This document shows, piece by piece, positions 63,535-64,000 of a DNA stretch of 64,000 nt. The notes below the pieces were generated by a model. It saw nothing but the letters and a program-made list of their open reading frames with translations. It did no database searches and was not told the origin of the DNA. How positions within the stretch are numbered: position 1 is the stretch's first letter; the number at the start of each line of letters is the position of its first letter. A program made the translations under genes and the position numbers. The DNA comes from Eledone cirrhosa (taxonomy: Eukaryota): the NCBI GenBank assembly GCA_964016885.1, contig OZ024753.1, positions 34,348,001-34,412,000 of the forward strand, written 5' to 3'.

Positions 63535-63578
<44 letters not shown>

Positions 63579-63648
63579 TATATATATATATATATATATA
63601 TATACATCTATATATATACATCTATATATACATCTATATATATACATC

Positions 63649-63697
<49 letters not shown>

Positions 63698-63698
63698 C

Positions 63699-63746
<48 letters not shown>

Positions 63747-63760
63747 TACATCTATATATA

Positions 63761-63803
<43 letters not shown>

Positions 63804-63804
<1 letters not shown>

Positions 63805-63827
63805 TTCGTTTCTGAATTTGTTTAGCA
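63804..63827 (-). mobile_element. 24-nt terminal remnant of the 56659 PLE family
   Basis: tttcgtttctgaatttgtttagca is identical to 56659-56682 and lies within a TA array. Confidence 0.75.
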
Positions 63828-63852
63828 TATACATATATATAACCATATATAC

Positions 63853-63961
<109 letters not shown>

Positions 63962-64000
63962 TATACATATATACATATATATATATATATACATATATAC

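Overview
This is an AT-rich, repeat-dominated eukaryotic window. The SINE and microsatellite content suggests a cephalopod, probably octopus (inference). No host gene is confidently seen, and the many Y/I/C/H-rich ORFs are (TA)n/(CA)n artefacts. Recognisable coding remnants are all retroelements: a 5'-truncated Penelope-like element (PLE) with RT and GIY-YIG domains and an inverted 3' end (56659-59182), an R4/Dong-like restriction-like-endonuclease element in a (TACA)n tract, a CR1-group ORF2 in a TA tract, and three RTE-group 3' fragments. Also present are more than 25 tRNA-derived SINE copies, a non-autonomous Helitron carrying a 93-bp satellite, two mariner-type MITEs and a tRNA-like gene. 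The main signal is a dense set of short fold-back (inverted-repeat) elements inserted in (TA)n tracts. They come from many sequence-unrelated families and carry about 16 minimal type-I hammerhead ribozyme motifs. Many of these families also share a covarying 'tail' hairpin, RCTC-stem/loop-T(W)-GAGYRC, located 4-9 nt beyond the point where the inverted arm stops. This is a candidate common RNA signal for PLE reverse-transcription initiation. All coordinates and folds were read by eye.
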